A program made the translations under genes and the position numbers. The notes under the pieces were generated by a model that searched no databases, was not told the origin of the DNA, and saw nothing but the letters and a program-made list of their open reading frames with translations. A stretch of DNA of 64,000 bases from Acinetobacter phage vB_AbaSI_3, in the sequence record PQ382034.1, one strand, 5' to 3'. Position 1 is the first letter of the stretch; each line of letters opens with the position of its first letter. Shown here piece by piece: positions 51,571-61,908 of this stretch.

Positions 51571-51579
51571 GGAGATAAT

Positions 51580-52710
51580 ATGGCAACTGCTACCTTTATG
51601 GCAGCATTCAATAAAGGCGTCGTAGAAAGCGACGTCTTTTCTGAAACAGATTCTGTCACATATAAATTAGATGTTGCTGGTGCCACAAATTTTTCTGGAG
51701 CGCCATATCTAAAACGAAATGACATTAACATTGCAGGTACTGTTACTGATGGGCTAAATCTAAGGGGAGTCAATAATCCAACTGACACAGGTGAAGTAAA
51801 ATCATTTGTTTTGACTTCAACTGATTCGTCGGCCAATAGCGCCTTTATTCAATATATGAACACAGTAACGCACAAACTTATTGTTATTTTCTCTGGTAAA
51901 AATTTGCGTTCAACGCCTGCAGTTGATGCATGGTTTGCTTCTGTAGGCTCAGTGAATTGGCCGGGCTCATTTTTATGCAATAACTATTCTGCTGGTTATG
52001 TTGGATTTTATAATCCATCAATCAGGAAAATCGTTGCAGAAGCAATGATAACTTCTGATGGTGTTGAAAAGGGTTATGCAAATTATATTGCAGTGTATGA
52101 CACATTTGATGACATCGGATCTTTAGGATTTCCGTCTAGAGTAATATACGATACTGGCACATACGCGGCTAGCACTGGGTACGAATATAAACGGTTTCCT
52201 ACAGACAGTATAACAAATAAATTGTCTGATTACGGACTTCGTCAAGGTTCAAATATTATGCTTCAAGCCGATTTAGTCCACTCTTCGCAAATGGCTTCTG
52301 CAGGAATGAAAACTCGGATCAACTTACGTTGGCTTCAAGGGAGCACGATTAAAGATTCGAGCACTATACTTGAATCTGACGGAGTTAATTGGGTTAATAA
52401 AACTGTATATAGCAAAGTGCCAGCAGGTGCAGATGGATTTACTGTCGTTGTTTCTAGATTTCCAAGGAATGACACATTATCAGGAAATTCAATGGTACGA
52501 AATGTGGTTATGAGTGAAATAACTCGTGATGGAAGCAAATCGGGCTCTAACGCCGCAGTTGGTGTCAATGGTATTAAGGCCGGTGAATTCAAAGAAGCTC
52601 AAGTAGCCAATCATTTGATGGATCTTAAAATGGATGTTGATGCATTCAATAACATTGTGCCAGTTGTTGGTATCAAAGAAGGCGATTCCGGGACTCCACC
52701 ACCGCCATGA
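51580..52710 (+). CDS. 35: Long tail fibre hinge protein gp35
   Basis: 376 aa (T4 gp35 is 372 aa). Synteny. Confidence 0.7.
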   Translation: MATATFMAAFNKGVVESDVFSETDSVTYKLDVAGATNFSGAPYLKRNDINIAGTVTDGLNLRGVNNPTDTGEVKSFVLTSTDSSANSAFIQYMNTVTHKLIVIFSGKNLRSTPAVDAWFASVGSVNWPGSFLCNNYSAGYVGFYNPSIRKIVAEAMITSDGVEKGYANYIAVYDTFDDIGSLGFPSRVIYDTGTYAASTGYEYKRFPTDSITNKLSDYGLRQGSNIMLQADLVHSSQMASAGMKTRINLRWLQGSTIKDSSTILESDGVNWVNKTVYSKVPAGADGFTVVVSRFPRNDTLSGNSMVRNVVMSEITRDGSKSGSNAAVGVNGIKAGEFKEAQVANHLMDLKMDVDAFNNIVPVVGIKEGDSGTPPPP

Positions 52711-52711
52711 G

Positions 52712-52733
52712 TTAAGGACCGCAAGGTCCTTTT
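52712..52733 (+). terminator. Terminator / attenuator after gp35
   Basis: aaggacc-gca-aggtcc-ttttcg. Confidence 0.7.
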
Positions 52734-52737
52734 CGCG

Positions 52738-52745
52738 TATAAATA
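52738..52745 (+). promoter_or_regulatory. Late promoter TATAAATA upstream of gp36
   Basis: Exact octamer. Confidence 0.6.
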
Positions 52746-52765
52746 TTGAAATAAGAGGACATACT

Positions 52766-53479
52766 ATGGCAGATTTAAAGGCCGGAACAACTATTGGAGG
52801 TACACTTGTTTGGACTCAAGGTAACTTCCCGTTGTTCCCTACAGGCGACACACTTTTATACAAAACATACAAAGTCTATTCAGAAAAAGATAAACCTCAA
52901 GCTATTGACAATGATTTCGTGTCAAAGGCTGACGGGGGTACTTATAACTCGACAGTCGTTTTTAATAAAAATATTGTTTTGAGGGCTAGTGGCGGTACAT
53001 CAGGCAATCTGACTGCTATTAATCTTTACGGTGGACTCGGCGATGGTGCAATACCTACATACGGGTTTTATGTAGGCAGCACATTAGACGCAACCAATGG
53101 TAAACACGGCTCAGTGTTTGGTAACTGGGCGGTCTATAACGTTGCAGCAAATGGCGGCTGGATTTTCAGAACACAGACAAAGAATGTTGCGTCTATCAAT
53201 ACTGAAGGAACCGGCACATTTAATGCGGTTAATGTGGATTTGCAACCTACTGTAGACTCCCATGTTACTCGTAAAGATTATGTTGATCGCTTAATAAATA
53301 CCGTTACAGATAACGCAAATAGTAAAGTTTCTAAGACAAATCCTAATGGCGATACAATGGTTGGCCCATTAACTGCTCCAAACTTTATTTCAACAAAGGT
53401 TGCTACTGCGTCAAACCAAGTTCCTCAATTGGGACAAGTTGTTCAACGGGGCGTAATTTTGGATTATGGATCATTTTAA
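52766..53479 (+). CDS. 36: Long tail fibre distal connector gp36
   Basis: 237 aa from MADLKAGTT with RBS AAGAGGA. A late promoter lies upstream. Synteny. Confidence 0.7.
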   Translation: MADLKAGTTIGGTLVWTQGNFPLFPTGDTLLYKTYKVYSEKDKPQAIDNDFVSKADGGTYNSTVVFNKNIVLRASGGTSGNLTAINLYGGLGDGAIPTYGFYVGSTLDATNGKHGSVFGNWAVYNVAANGGWIFRTQTKNVASINTEGTGTFNAVNVDLQPTVDSHVTRKDYVDRLINTVTDNANSKVSKTNPNGDTMVGPLTAPNFISTKVATASNQVPQLGQVVQRGVILDYGSF

Positions 53480-53491
53480 GGAAATCAAATA

Positions 53492-56400
53492 ATGGCATTA
53501 GACTCAAATATCAGTAGAATTAAATTTATGAGATCTAAGACAGCGGGTGCAGTGCCAAGCCCTACTCTCTTGGACGAAGGCGAATTGGCCATTAACTTGG
53601 TTGATCGTACAATATTTTCAAAAAATGGCGCAAACACGGTTGAACTCGGTTTTGGTAAAGGCGGAACAGTAGCTGGACCAATTAATGTTACAGGTGGTAA
53701 TGCTGTAACTGCTGCGCAATTCAATGGTGCCTTAAATGGCAATGCTGCAACTGCATCAAGACTTCTTACAGGAAGAAAAATTAATGATGTAGTTTTTGAT
53801 GGTACTAAAGATATTACCATTGAAGATTCTACTAAATTATACAAATCTGATGTGCTAACTTCATCTGGCAGTTCTCGTGTTATTCGTGATGCAGCAACAA
53901 TTCGTGCAGCGGCTATTGCTAAAGGAGCAGTAGTAATTCATTTACCGAAAAGGGCAAATTCAGTTAACACAATGATGAAATTGTGCATTCAAGGATTTGA
54001 TTATGTTGCTGGGCGAGCTACTCAAAGTAACTGGTCTGTAGATATTAGTGGATATAATTACACCGGTGCAGCTTGGCACTCATACCAGGCAATTTCAACA
54101 GGCGGTCCAGCGCCATTCGATACTGTTCGTTGGGGGCAAGCCGACAATCACCAGGTTATTATTTTAGGCGAAGCCGGTGCATCACCTTCTTCATGGTCAT
54201 ATTACAATATTAGCATTGAGAAAATTTATTTAACTAATAGTACAGAAGCATATGATGACCCTAATGATCCAATTTATATGGCAATTGAAGCCGATATATC
54301 TAATTATGTGATAAATGCCACTTTGCCACTTGAAGGCGTTGCAATGGCTAAACGTTTAGAAATAGGCCGTACATTTACTTTCACTGGTGACGCTAGAGGT
54401 TCATTGTCATTTGACGGTACTGCAAACGTTTCTACTGCATTAACAATTAATTCTGCAACTACAGGCCAAGCCGGTTTAGTTAAATTAAACAATACATTAA
54501 CTTCTACATCTGTCACAGAAGCGTTAACTGCTAATATGGGTAAAATATTAGGTGATGCAGTTAATACAAAAGTTGATAAGATCAATCCAACTTCTTCTGG
54601 CACATTAACACATACCGGCGAAGCTAGTACATCTGGTCTATTAAATGCGGCAGGTGGTATTAGTACATCTAGCTTAGCAATTTCTACTGGTACTATTTCA
54701 AAAACTGATGGTACTGGTTACTTATCATTTTTACAAGGTAGTGCAGCTTTAGGTATCAATATTGGTGATTTACTTGTTTCTAATTCATATTCTGATAGAT
54801 CAAAAATCCCAGTAAATGGTGCATATCTTAAAGGTGGGTTGGACTCAGATAACGTTATCCGTGGCGCAACTGGTACTGCTTATAGTTCATTAACTGCAAT
54901 TGGTGTAGGTACATCAATTCCATTTAAATTAAAAGACACCAATATTGGTACATCTTACGGATTTGTTCCTGGCTTTGGCATGAACGTCCAAACATCTGGA
55001 GGTTATCGTCAAGTAGTTTCAATTGGTGCATATCGCCCTGGTAGTAACTGGACAGATTCTGGAGTTTATATTGCTACGGGTGCAACCAATGATGGTTATT
55101 CATCTGAAGCATTTTTGTTAAAATCTGGTCGTACTATTTCTAATACAGCTGGGCCAATTAACTTAATTGGTAATGCTGATACTGCATCTAATATTGATGC
55201 ATCATCTGGTTCACTAGTTGGTGATTCGTCTGCGGGTTGGCGTAAACTTGGTCGAGCAACTGTCCCGCAAAACGGACGTGCAATGATGCTTCAAATTTTT
55301 GGCGGTACTGGTTTTAATGCTGGTGTGCCAACGCAAGCAATGTGTACTGAAATTGTATTAAAAGGCGGTAACAGTGGACCATCCAGCATTAATATGGTTG
55401 TACATGTACCAGACTCAAGCAATATATTGGCCAACTTGGGTAAAGGCGTTGCAAATGCTTGTTTTGTTCCAGTAACTGGTGATGATTATGATATCTATAT
55501 CAATTGTGTTGGGTATTTACGAGCAGGTATTGTCGCAATAAAAGGCGCATTAACTGATTGGGCCCTTAACTTTGATGTAGCTGGTGTTTCAACTAAACCT
55601 ACTGGCGCAGTTGACGCAGCAATTTATACCAAAGCATATACAACATCTAATGTAGCATCAGCAACCAAATTACAGAATCCAAGAACAATTAACGGTGTTA
55701 ATTTTGACGGTACAGCTAATATCAAAATTCAACAAGAATCTGTCGCAATTCCAGCTAATGCGAACTTGACTGATTATACTAATGAAGGTTTTTATGTATG
55801 CGAGGCTAATGCAACAGCAGTTACAATAAAAGGTACACCGTTCAATCCATCTGGAACTTCATCTTCTGCATTGGCATTCAGTTTACTTGTTGAAAAATCT
55901 GCTGGTGTTAAACAAACTTACACGTCATATGCATCAGGCGCTACACGTACATGGGTTCGAGGAATTTATCAAGGATCACCATCTGCATGGCGTGAAGTAG
56001 CTTTTTGTAATTCTCCAACATTTGTAGATACTGCTACGTTTAATGGTCCGATTGTTGCATCAAGCACGTTAAACGTAACTGGTACCGCAGGATTCAATAG
56101 CGTATCTGTGAATAATTTGTCAGCATCTACAACAATTAGTGCTGGAACTAGTCTTGGAATTGCTAACACAGTTGCAACTACCAAATATGGTCTAAGTCTT
56201 TATGGCGGGGCATCTGCAGGTAAACCAAGTTATGGGGTATTGTTTACTGGCACCTCAAATAGCGACACTGGTAAGCACGGTGATATTAACGGCCAATGGA
56301 GTGTTTACTTTACTTGTGCAACATCGGGTTCAGAAAAACGAGGTTGGGTATTCCAGCGTTCATCTGGTGGAACTGGTGTTCAAAACGTAGCATCTATTTC

Positions 56401-57775
56401 AACTGACGGTAACATGGTTATCGATGGTAATTTTGATACTGCTTCTGATAACACAATGATTCGTGTTGGTAACAATAACGATCTTGCTATGATTAAAAAA
56501 GCGGGCTCGGGTGCATTTATTGCAGTTGGGACTAATACTGCATTCAGAGTGTTAAAATCTCCAATTGCAACTGTTGACCCGACACAATCTTATGTTAATT
56601 TGATGACAGTAACAACATCAGGAGATTTAGATTTAGCTGGCAATAATATTCTTATTGGTTCAGGTACTAATAACAATACATATCAAACTATTCAGTTTGG
56701 TAATTATACTAAATCATCATCTGGCGGCGGATTCTCCGTTTTACAAACAGCTCCTGTGGGCGGTTCACAAGGTCGAGTTTTGCAATTAGCGAACTATACC
56801 CAAGCTGGTACTATTGATAGTGCATTACACGTAAATAATTCTGGAACTTATCAAACAATAGGAACAGCGACATTAAAATTAGCTACTATTAGTGATAATG
56901 TTGCTTCTGCAACTCGTTTGCAAACTGCAAGAACTTTCCAAATTACTGGTGGCATCACAACAGATGCAGTATCATTTGACGGACAACAAAACGTTACATT
57001 GACCGCATCTAATGTCGATGGTTCTAAAGTTACAGGCAAAGTTCCTGCAGCTGCACAAGCGGATAATGCAACAAATGCCGTGTTATCACAACGTACTACA
57101 AGTGTAGATGTTAATGGGCAACCAGGTGCAAGACTTGCTGCTATGTGGTCTGGTACTACTTGGAATAAAAATTTCACCCGTGATGCGGTCTATTCATCAG
57201 CATCTTCAATAACTATTGAGATAGGTGATAGCGGTGATCAAGCAACTGATGATAGAATGAATAACATTAAAGTTGGAAGTTTATTGCATCTTATGTTTGC
57301 GGTTTCTACGGGAGGTATTTGGTCTGGGCAGTTATCTACAGGAACAATTACCGCTGTATCGATAAATAGAAGCACCAAATCTATTATTTTAACAGTTAAT
57401 ATTCCACATAGTATAAGCCCAGGAAATAAAACATCTGCTCGTATTCTTGGTATAACTTATAACGCTATTGGATGTAAATATGTTGGATGTGTTACATTAT
57501 TTGCTAAAGGCGATATAGGCGATTCGGAATTCTCTCAACTGTTGCAATTAGATGCTCCGGTAAATAATGCAGTTATGACAACTAGTGTCTCCGGAGATGT
57601 TTCGAGATATCATAATTTATTTCCATATGGGGCCTTTCTTTCACATCGAAATGGGGTATCTATGTCAGCGACAATGGTTAATAATACTATGGCTAATTTT
57701 ATCTGTACAGATAATGATAATGACGTACCTGCATCAGTAGGTATGGCAAATATACAAATCTGGGATGTCGTATAA
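53492..57775 (+). CDS. 37: Long tail fibre distal subunit gp37 (receptor-binding), enlarged
   Basis: 1427 aa. The N-terminus FMRSKTAGAVPSPTLLDEGELAINLVDRTIF matches T4 gp37. No gp38 follows it. Confidence 0.85.
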   Translation: MALDSNISRIKFMRSKTAGAVPSPTLLDEGELAINLVDRTIFSKNGANTVELGFGKGGTVAGPINVTGGNAVTAAQFNGALNGNAATASRLLTGRKINDVVFDGTKDITIEDSTKLYKSDVLTSSGSSRVIRDAATIRAAAIAKGAVVIHLPKRANSVNTMMKLCIQGFDYVAGRATQSNWSVDISGYNYTGAAWHSYQAISTGGPAPFDTVRWGQADNHQVIILGEAGASPSSWSYYNISIEKIYLTNSTEAYDDPNDPIYMAIEADISNYVINATLPLEGVAMAKRLEIGRTFTFTGDARGSLSFDGTANVSTALTINSATTGQAGLVKLNNTLTSTSVTEALTANMGKILGDAVNTKVDKINPTSSGTLTHTGEASTSGLLNAAGGISTSSLAISTGTISKTDGTGYLSFLQGSAALGINIGDLLVSNSYSDRSKIPVNGAYLKGGLDSDNVIRGATGTAYSSLTAIGVGTSIPFKLKDTNIGTSYGFVPGFGMNVQTSGGYRQVVSIGAYRPGSNWTDSGVYIATGATNDGYSSEAFLLKSGRTISNTAGPINLIGNADTASNIDASSGSLVGDSSAGWRKLGRATVPQNGRAMMLQIFGGTGFNAGVPTQAMCTEIVLKGGNSGPSSINMVVHVPDSSNILANLGKGVANACFVPVTGDDYDIYINCVGYLRAGIVAIKGALTDWALNFDVAGVSTKPTGAVDAAIYTKAYTTSNVASATKLQNPRTINGVNFDGTANIKIQQESVAIPANANLTDYTNEGFYVCEANATAVTIKGTPFNPSGTSSSALAFSLLVEKSAGVKQTYTSYASGATRTWVRGIYQGSPSAWREVAFCNSPTFVDTATFNGPIVASSTLNVTGTAGFNSVSVNNLSASTTISAGTSLGIANTVATTKYGLSLYGGASAGKPSYGVLFTGTSNSDTGKHGDINGQWSVYFTCATSGSEKRGWVFQRSSGGTGVQNVASISTDGNMVIDGNFDTASDNTMIRVGNNNDLAMIKKAGSGAFIAVGTNTAFRVLKSPIATVDPTQSYVNLMTVTTSGDLDLAGNNILIGSGTNNNTYQTIQFGNYTKSSSGGGFSVLQTAPVGGSQGRVLQLANYTQAGTIDSALHVNNSGTYQTIGTATLKLATISDNVASATRLQTARTFQITGGITTDAVSFDGQQNVTLTASNVDGSKVTGKVPAAAQADNATNAVLSQRTTSVDVNGQPGARLAAMWSGTTWNKNFTRDAVYSSASSITIEIGDSGDQATDDRMNNIKVGSLLHLMFAVSTGGIWSGQLSTGTITAVSINRSTKSIILTVNIPHSISPGNKTSARILGITYNAIGCKYVGCVTLFAKGDIGDSEFSQLLQLDAPVNNAVMTTSVSGDVSRYHNLFPYGAFLSHRNGVSMSATMVNNTMANFICTDNDNDVPASVGMANIQIWDVV

Positions 57776-57787
57776 TTTAAATAATAG

Positions 57788-57818
57788 AATGGGAGCCTTA
57801 AGGCTCCCATTTTTATTT
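57788..57818 (+). terminator. Terminator after gp37
   Basis: gggagcc-ttaa-ggctccc-atttttattt. Confidence 0.8.
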
Positions 57819-58031
57819 CATTACAATTATTTCATTACCAACTATAACTTTACCGGCTTTTGCTTCTGAATCAAATTCTAATCCGGGCTCAGTTATTTTA
57901 CAGTGCCTTTGGAATTACAGCTGCTATCGGTCTTGTTGTATTAGTGCTTCAGCTTATTTTCTTACCAAAACTTTTACCAGAGTCAGCTTCAAATTTAGAC
58001 AGTTTCATATGATTCTCCTTTAAATCATACT

Positions 58032-58043
58032 ATTTATAAATAT
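58032..58043. promoter_or_regulatory. Palindromic TATTTATAAATA: a late promoter readable on both strands, towards holin t on the plus strand and towards a 19-codon micro-ORF on the minus strand
   Basis: Plus-strand TATAAATA at 58036..58043. Minus-strand TATAAATA is the complement of 58032..58039. Confidence 0.55.
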
Positions 58044-58069
58044 CTCTATTAAATCATAAATGACTAACT

Positions 58070-58801
58070 ATGAACACTTCAATCAAAGACCAACAACCCT
58101 CAGCACAGGCTGAAGATGGCACACTTACACCTGAAAAAAATGGAAATGATTCACATCGTAGCTCTCTACCTGTGTTTGATTTTATATTTGGCTTATTGAA
58201 TATACTATTCAAAGATGGAGCAACAGGAAAACTTCTCGCATCTCGAGTAGCAGCCCTTTTTGCGGTGTTTATCATGATAATGATTTGGGTTAAAGCTGAT
58301 GCTATAGGAAAATTATACGTAGAGGCGTCATATGAAAAGTATGCTCAAGCTATCCAAGCTGAACGCACAAAGAGGTTTAATGCAACTATTCAAGAGCAAC
58401 TCCAAATAGCGCATGTCGCATCAGGCGCTGACTTCTCTGCGGTATATGTTTTCAGACCTAAGAACTTAAACTACTTTGTAGACTTAGAGGTTTATGAAGG
58501 ACGAATCCCGCCTACAGTAGATCCAAAGAACATGGGCGGATATCCAGTCGATAAAACGTCCAATGAATATATTGCTCATTTAAGTGGGCAATCATTCACT
58601 ACGGATTCAGAATTCGGTTATCTTCCGACTACAGAAGATGAGAAAGGCGTAACATTCATGTACAGTTGCCCGTATTTTAATCTCGATAACATTTATTCGG
58701 GTTCTGTTGCAATGTATTGGTACGAACGACCTCGAATTGCCCAAAAGCGACTTGATTCAATATGTAACCAAGCCGCTAGAGCAATAGGACGTGCTAGATA
58801 A
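58070..58801 (+). CDS. t: Holin (t)
   Basis: 243 aa. Long colinear recalled match to T4 holin T (FSAVYxFRPKNLNYFVD, YMYSCPYFNLDNIY, ICxQAAR). Confidence 0.9.
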   Translation: MNTSIKDQQPSAQAEDGTLTPEKNGNDSHRSSLPVFDFIFGLLNILFKDGATGKLLASRVAALFAVFIMIMIWVKADAIGKLYVEASYEKYAQAIQAERTKRFNATIQEQLQIAHVASGADFSAVYVFRPKNLNYFVDLEVYEGRIPPTVDPKNMGGYPVDKTSNEYIAHLSGQSFTTDSEFGYLPTTEDEKGVTFMYSCPYFNLDNIYSGSVAMYWYERPRIAQKRLDSICNQAARAIGRAR

Positions 58802-59077
58802 TTAAAATTTAGCAGTGTTTGTATACATTGCTAATTTTTTATAAATTGGAGCATGGCCAATATTAAATTCTGCGATAAGTTGTTCTTTTTGACGATTCGT
58901 GATATCTTGTGTCAAATTAAAAAGGTTGCCAGCGGTAACCTTTTTGCCGTTAATAGTAATGCCAAGCTCATTTAAAAATGCAATGAATAAATTCTTGTCT
59001 TCAAGGATGTCATCATGCCCAAATTTGATAAGAATTGATACAACGGCAATGATTTCTGCAAGAGTTTCGTATACCAT
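58802..59077 (-). CDS. asiA: Anti-sigma70 factor AsiA
   Basis: 91 aa. Recalled match to T4 AsiA (SILIKF, FIAFLNE.G, YTN). Confidence 0.85.
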   Translation of the reverse strand: MVYETLAEIIAVVSILIKFGHDDILEDKNLFIAFLNELGITINGKKVTAGNLFNLTQDITNRQKEQLIAEFNIGHAPIYKKLAMYTNTAKF

Positions 59078-59088
59078 GATAGAGTTCC

Positions 59089-59706
59089 TTAAATGTTGAA
59101 GAATTTGATGATTGTGTCGATTAGAATTTCAATGTTCTCTAAAGAACGTGGCATATCAAAATATGTTTGTGCCGGAGCAGATCGATATGACATTCCAATT
59201 GATGCAAATAAGTCTATAGTTTCTTGAGATGGCTTACGAATACAAACACGGATTTCAGGTTTGTTTTTAATTTCGATAGAGCCTATACCTTTGCAACGTT
59301 TCTCAAATATAATAAAGATGTTACTTCGGCTTGTTGTAACTTCTTTAATAGCAATTTTGTCTTTGAGGTATTCAACTGCATGATCACGACATGTTTCCAT
59401 GTCTTTGGTGATCTCGCGTTTTGTGGAGCCATTGCGTTTAACAAGTAGATCAGGGCGTTCAGCAGCAACGAATAAATTCATTGCAGTTTCGACAAGTTCA
59501 TCACCTAAAACTGAAATGATGTACATGTCATTTGATTCTTCAATGAGTCCACATTGTAACAATTCCTCCAGGTGATCGCCTAATTCATCTTTAGTGTGGT
59601 ATTGAGTACCATATAGTTTAAGTAATAATTTTAAACCTTGATCACTTGGTACGTTGCATAGATTTAACTGTTTAGACGCTTGTCTCAGATAAAACAATTT
59701 ATCCAT
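59089..59706 (-). CDS. motA: MotA-like middle-transcription activator
   Basis: About 205 aa from the ATG at 59706; the track ORF start at 59718 is a TTG. Position between asiA and gp52 as in T4, with a similar size (T4 MotA is 211 aa). Sequence similarity is weak. Confidence 0.55.
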   Translation of the reverse strand: MDKLFYLRQASKQLNLCNVPSDQGLKLLLKLYGTQYHTKDELGDHLEELLQCGLIEESNDMYIISVLGDELVETAMNLFVAAERPDLLVKRNGSTKREITKDMETCRDHAVEYLKDKIAIKEVTTSRSNIFIIFEKRCKGIGSIEIKNKPEIRVCIRKPSQETIDLFASIGMSYRSAPAQTYFDMPRSLENIEILIDTIIKFFNI

Positions 59707-59763
59707 TTTTATTCCCAATTATTTGATAAGTCTATAATATCAAAAATTGCTATCAATGTAAAC

Positions 59764-59792
59764 TACAAAAGGGACCTTATGGTCCCTTTTTA
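59764..59792. terminator. Bidirectional terminator between gp52 and motA
   Basis: gggacc-ttat-ggtccc with a T-run on the minus side (ttttg) and tttttaat on the plus side. Confidence 0.75.
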
Positions 59793-59793
59793 A

Positions 59794-61137
59794 TCACTTA
59801 ATTTTAGAAAGTTCATCTAAATCTTTTTTGTACTCTGCATAAGGAGTAGTTGATTGCCAGTATTCAACTTCGGCCTTAGCTTCATGCGCACGTTTCTTGA
59901 GATTTTCGACTTCATCATCAGTCATGTGATAGATGTTCATTGATACCAGTTGATCTTCGAATCCAACAAACACTGAAGTTTTAGATAACTCTTCTTTCAA
60001 CTGAGCACGTGTTCTGCCTTTAACTGCAATGTTACCAAGATTGACTTCTTTGATAAACAATGCTTTGGCAATCGCGAGTTTGAATGTTTCTTCAGCTTTA
60101 GACTTCATGTACTCGATTCGTTTTGCGATAAACTTCAAGCGAACTTTAACAAAGCTCTCGATTAATTGCGCAGCAGTTTCAAATTTGTCATTGAGTTTTC
60201 CATTTTCATCGATAACAACAATGTTTTGAGATACACGTTCAACCAATTTAAAATCACGTTTAATTTTTTCATCAGCTAAAACACTGTCACTCGGCAAATT
60301 ATAATCTTTGCGGAACTTGACTTTAAATCCGAAACCTTTCTTCGAACAGTCATCGTCATATGAGATGAGACCTGCATCTTCTAAAGGATCAAGAACCTTT
60401 TCAACATATTTTGCACGATCCCATGAATATGGAATTTCAGAAATGTACATTTGAGTTTTTGAAGTTAATTCATATACTCCATGAAGTTCATATTTGCCTG
60501 GTTCAATATAACGAACTTCACCATTGAATTCTGGGAATGCTACTTCCGGTTCAATTTCAAGGTTACCTTCAAGAGCCATCTTTGTGCAATGTACTATTGA
60601 TGAAAAACTATGTGGCAAGATAGAAGTCGAATAACCTGTTGCAATACCACGTACACCATTTAAAAGTACTGTTGGAATAACTGGCAAATAGAACTTAGGC
60701 GGAAGATGTTCTTTGTCTTCATGTTCTGGAGCAATTTCATGATCTTTAAACACTTTATTAAAGTTTTCAGAAATTCGACAGAAAATATAACGAGATGCAG
60801 CAGATTCTTGAACAAGACGAGAACCAAAGTTACCTTGCCCATCTAAAAATGGGAAGTTGTTATTCCATGTGTTTGCCATTAAAGCGCCAGCTTCTTGAGC
60901 CGAATTTTCACCATGGTGATAACCAGCATCAGCAACTCCACCAGCAACTGAAGCAAGTTTATGCATTTTGTCTTTATTGCCTTTAGCTAGTTGAATTGCA
61001 CGATAAATCATGAATCGTTGAACCGGCTTAAAGCCGTCAATCATATTAGGAATCGCACGATTCTCGACTGTGTACATCGCATAAGCTTTAGCTTCATGAT
61101 TAACGATGTCAGTCAATTCACGTTCAGTGTTTTGCAT
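59794..61137 (-). CDS. 52: DNA topoisomerase II medium subunit gp52
   Basis: 447 aa. GyrA-like N-terminus DGFKPVQRF. Synteny. Confidence 0.85.
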   Translation of the reverse strand: MQNTERELTDIVNHEAKAYAMYTVENRAIPNMIDGFKPVQRFMIYRAIQLAKGNKDKMHKLASVAGGVADAGYHHGENSAQEAGALMANTWNNNFPFLDGQGNFGSRLVQESAASRYIFCRISENFNKVFKDHEIAPEHEDKEHLPPKFYLPVIPTVLLNGVRGIATGYSTSILPHSFSSIVHCTKMALEGNLEIEPEVAFPEFNGEVRYIEPGKYELHGVYELTSKTQMYISEIPYSWDRAKYVEKVLDPLEDAGLISYDDDCSKKGFGFKVKFRKDYNLPSDSVLADEKIKRDFKLVERVSQNIVVIDENGKLNDKFETAAQLIESFVKVRLKFIAKRIEYMKSKAEETFKLAIAKALFIKEVNLGNIAVKGRTRAQLKEELSKTSVFVGFEDQLVSMNIYHMTDDEVENLKKRAHEAKAEVEYWQSTTPYAEYKKDLDELSKIK

Positions 61138-61217
61138 AGATTGGTTCCTCTGTATTTTTGTTCATTATAAACACAAAACTGGTTAAGCACAAACTTAACC
61201 AGCTAATTTGAAACGAG

Positions 61218-61376
61218 TTACTTGATTAATTTAAAACAAATAACAAATGTGATGATTGAAGTTAATGCCAAGCCAAACAAATATCCAGAATCCATAAAAT
61301 CCATCGGTGGCATCATTTTATGTACTGTTGCATAACAGAACATTAACACAAGGCCTAAAAGTTGATTATTGCTCAT
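61218..61376 (-). CDS. Small membrane protein, 52 aa, at the ac position
   Basis: Translated by hand. RBS GGAGCA. Hydrophobic. T4 ac is 51 aa and sits next to gp52. Confidence 0.35.
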   Translation of the reverse strand: MSNNQLLGLVLMFCYATVHKMMPPMDFMDSGYLFGLALTSIITFVICFKLIK

Positions 61377-61387
61377 GGGTGCTCCAA

Positions 61388-61846
61388 TTAGTACTTCTGT
61401 GCGCGAAATTTAAAGTTGTCATTCAGCATACGATTCATTTCTTCGAGATTTTGGAATGAATCTGCGTGTTGACGTGTTAGAGCTAATGCGAGTTTGCCTT
61501 TACCATAACCATTAGTAATAGCTTTCATTTTGTCTAGACTAACATAGTGAATATCAAATGAAGAGAATGATCCCATAATCATTTCACCTGTTTTAGTGCG
61601 GCGTAGGCGAATTTGTGACACGATGTTTCGTAACCCAGAACCGGTACGTTGACGTCCTACATAAAAACGTGCATAAACTTCTTGGCGGCTTGTGTGAACT
61701 AAAAAGTAGAAGCCAGGCTTTGTCAGATCTGAAACTGGTGGTTCAGTTGTATGAGGTTCATATAGAGCACCTTTAGCTGTCAATCGAGCAATAAATTGAC
61801 TTTTAACTAAACGAAGGTCTTTAAGCATCATAAGAGATTTGTTCAT
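61388..61846 (-). CDS. ndd: Nucleoid disruption protein Ndd
   Basis: 152 aa (T4 Ndd is 151 aa). Recalled match (KPGFYFLV, ARFYVG.QR, G.GKG.LALA.TR.H, LEEMNRML.DNFKF). Confidence 0.85.
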   Translation of the reverse strand: MNKSLMMLKDLRLVKSQFIARLTAKGALYEPHTTEPPVSDLTKPGFYFLVHTSRQEVYARFYVGRQRTGSGLRNIVSQIRLRRTKTGEMIMGSFSSFDIHYVSLDKMKAITNGYGKGKLALALTRQHADSFQNLEEMNRMLNDNFKFRAQKY

Positions 61847-61908
61847 TTCATATTTCCAGTTTAGGTTTGATATTGCAATTATACTACATAAGATTTAGAT
61901 TGTAAATA

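Noticed and set aside
57955-58011. 19-codon ORF (MKLSKFEADSGKSFGKKIS) with a strong RBS and late promoter
   Set aside because: Too short to call as a gene. It may be a remnant or a micro-protein. It is discussed within the gp37/gp38 finding rather than annotated.
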